A stretch of DNA of 64,000 nt, taken from positions 118,172,001 to 118,236,000 of the forward strand of contig OX597821.1 of the NCBI GenBank assembly GCA_951406725.2. Reading direction: 5' to 3'. Origin of the DNA: Octopus vulgaris (taxonomy: Eukaryota). Below are positions 63,436-64,000 of this stretch, piece by piece. The position numbers were made by a program, and so were the translations under genes. Positions within the stretch are counted from its first letter, which is position 1. Every line of letters starts with the position of its first letter. The notes beneath the pieces were generated by a model, which was not told the DNA's origin, did no database searches, and saw nothing but the letters and a program-made list of their open reading frames with translations.

Positions 63436-64000
63436 AAATATGTATGATGGGCTGCTTTTAGTTTCCATCTACCAAATCCAAGGCTTTGGTTGGCCCAAGG
63501 CTATAGTAGAAGCACTTACCCAAGATGTCATGCACTGGGACTGAACCTGGGACCATGTGGTTGGGAAGCAAACCTCCTTCTGCCCAGACATGCTTATCCC
63601 TATATTGCATCAAGAACTTATGTTCTATGGTATTTGATACACCTGTACTTGCTCTGTAAATGTTGGATACCCTAGGCCCACCCACCCATTCTGTCACCCA
63701 TCCAATTCTATGCCCTTTCTCTTTCTCTCAATACTATCACTAATTCTTGTTCTCCCACCCTGTCAAACTTCCCCAGCTTCCCCTCTTACCATTCCCTCAT
63801 TCCCCTGCCCCATATCATTGTTCACACTCTCTCCTCTTCTCCTTTCATTATACAAACCACTTTAAGCCCATGGCAGCCTTGTCCATTTATGAGACAGCAT
63901 CACTGGTGCTGCTGTCACAGGGAAACAGGCACCCAGTTCACTCTGTGGAATGGTTGGCGGCAGGAAGGAAAGAATGCCAAAAAGAAGGCATTGGTACAGG

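Overview
Eukaryotic, repeat-rich animal genomic DNA. The SINE, LINE and microsatellite repertoire looks like Octopus or another coleoid cephalopod, which is an inference from repeat recognition. The whole window lies inside one + strand gene, an LRP2/megalin-like endocytic receptor. I traced 21 GT-AG coding exons (929-61149, 3516 nt, about 1172 codons) that join in one frame. They encode 9 LDL-A repeats of ligand-binding cluster III, 2 EGF modules, one unusually divergent YWTD beta-propeller, an EGF module and 10 LDL-A repeats of cluster IV. The gene start and end are outside the window. The introns contain: decayed RTE-clade LINEs whose RT domain carries an inserted C4HC3 (PHD-like) finger; at least three tRNA-derived SINE families; Tc1/mariner/pogo elements and MITEs; non-autonomous Helitrons, including a head-to-tail dimer; two solo LTRs; and mini- and microsatellites. 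The most notable unexplained structure is a set of sequence-unrelated foldback elements embedded in microsatellites. Several carry hammerhead-ribozyme cores (CUGAnGA...GAAA...UH with a short, often self-complementary stem III), often as sense/antisense pairs, consistent with Penelope-like terminal repeats. All calls are by eye and repeat boundaries are approximate.
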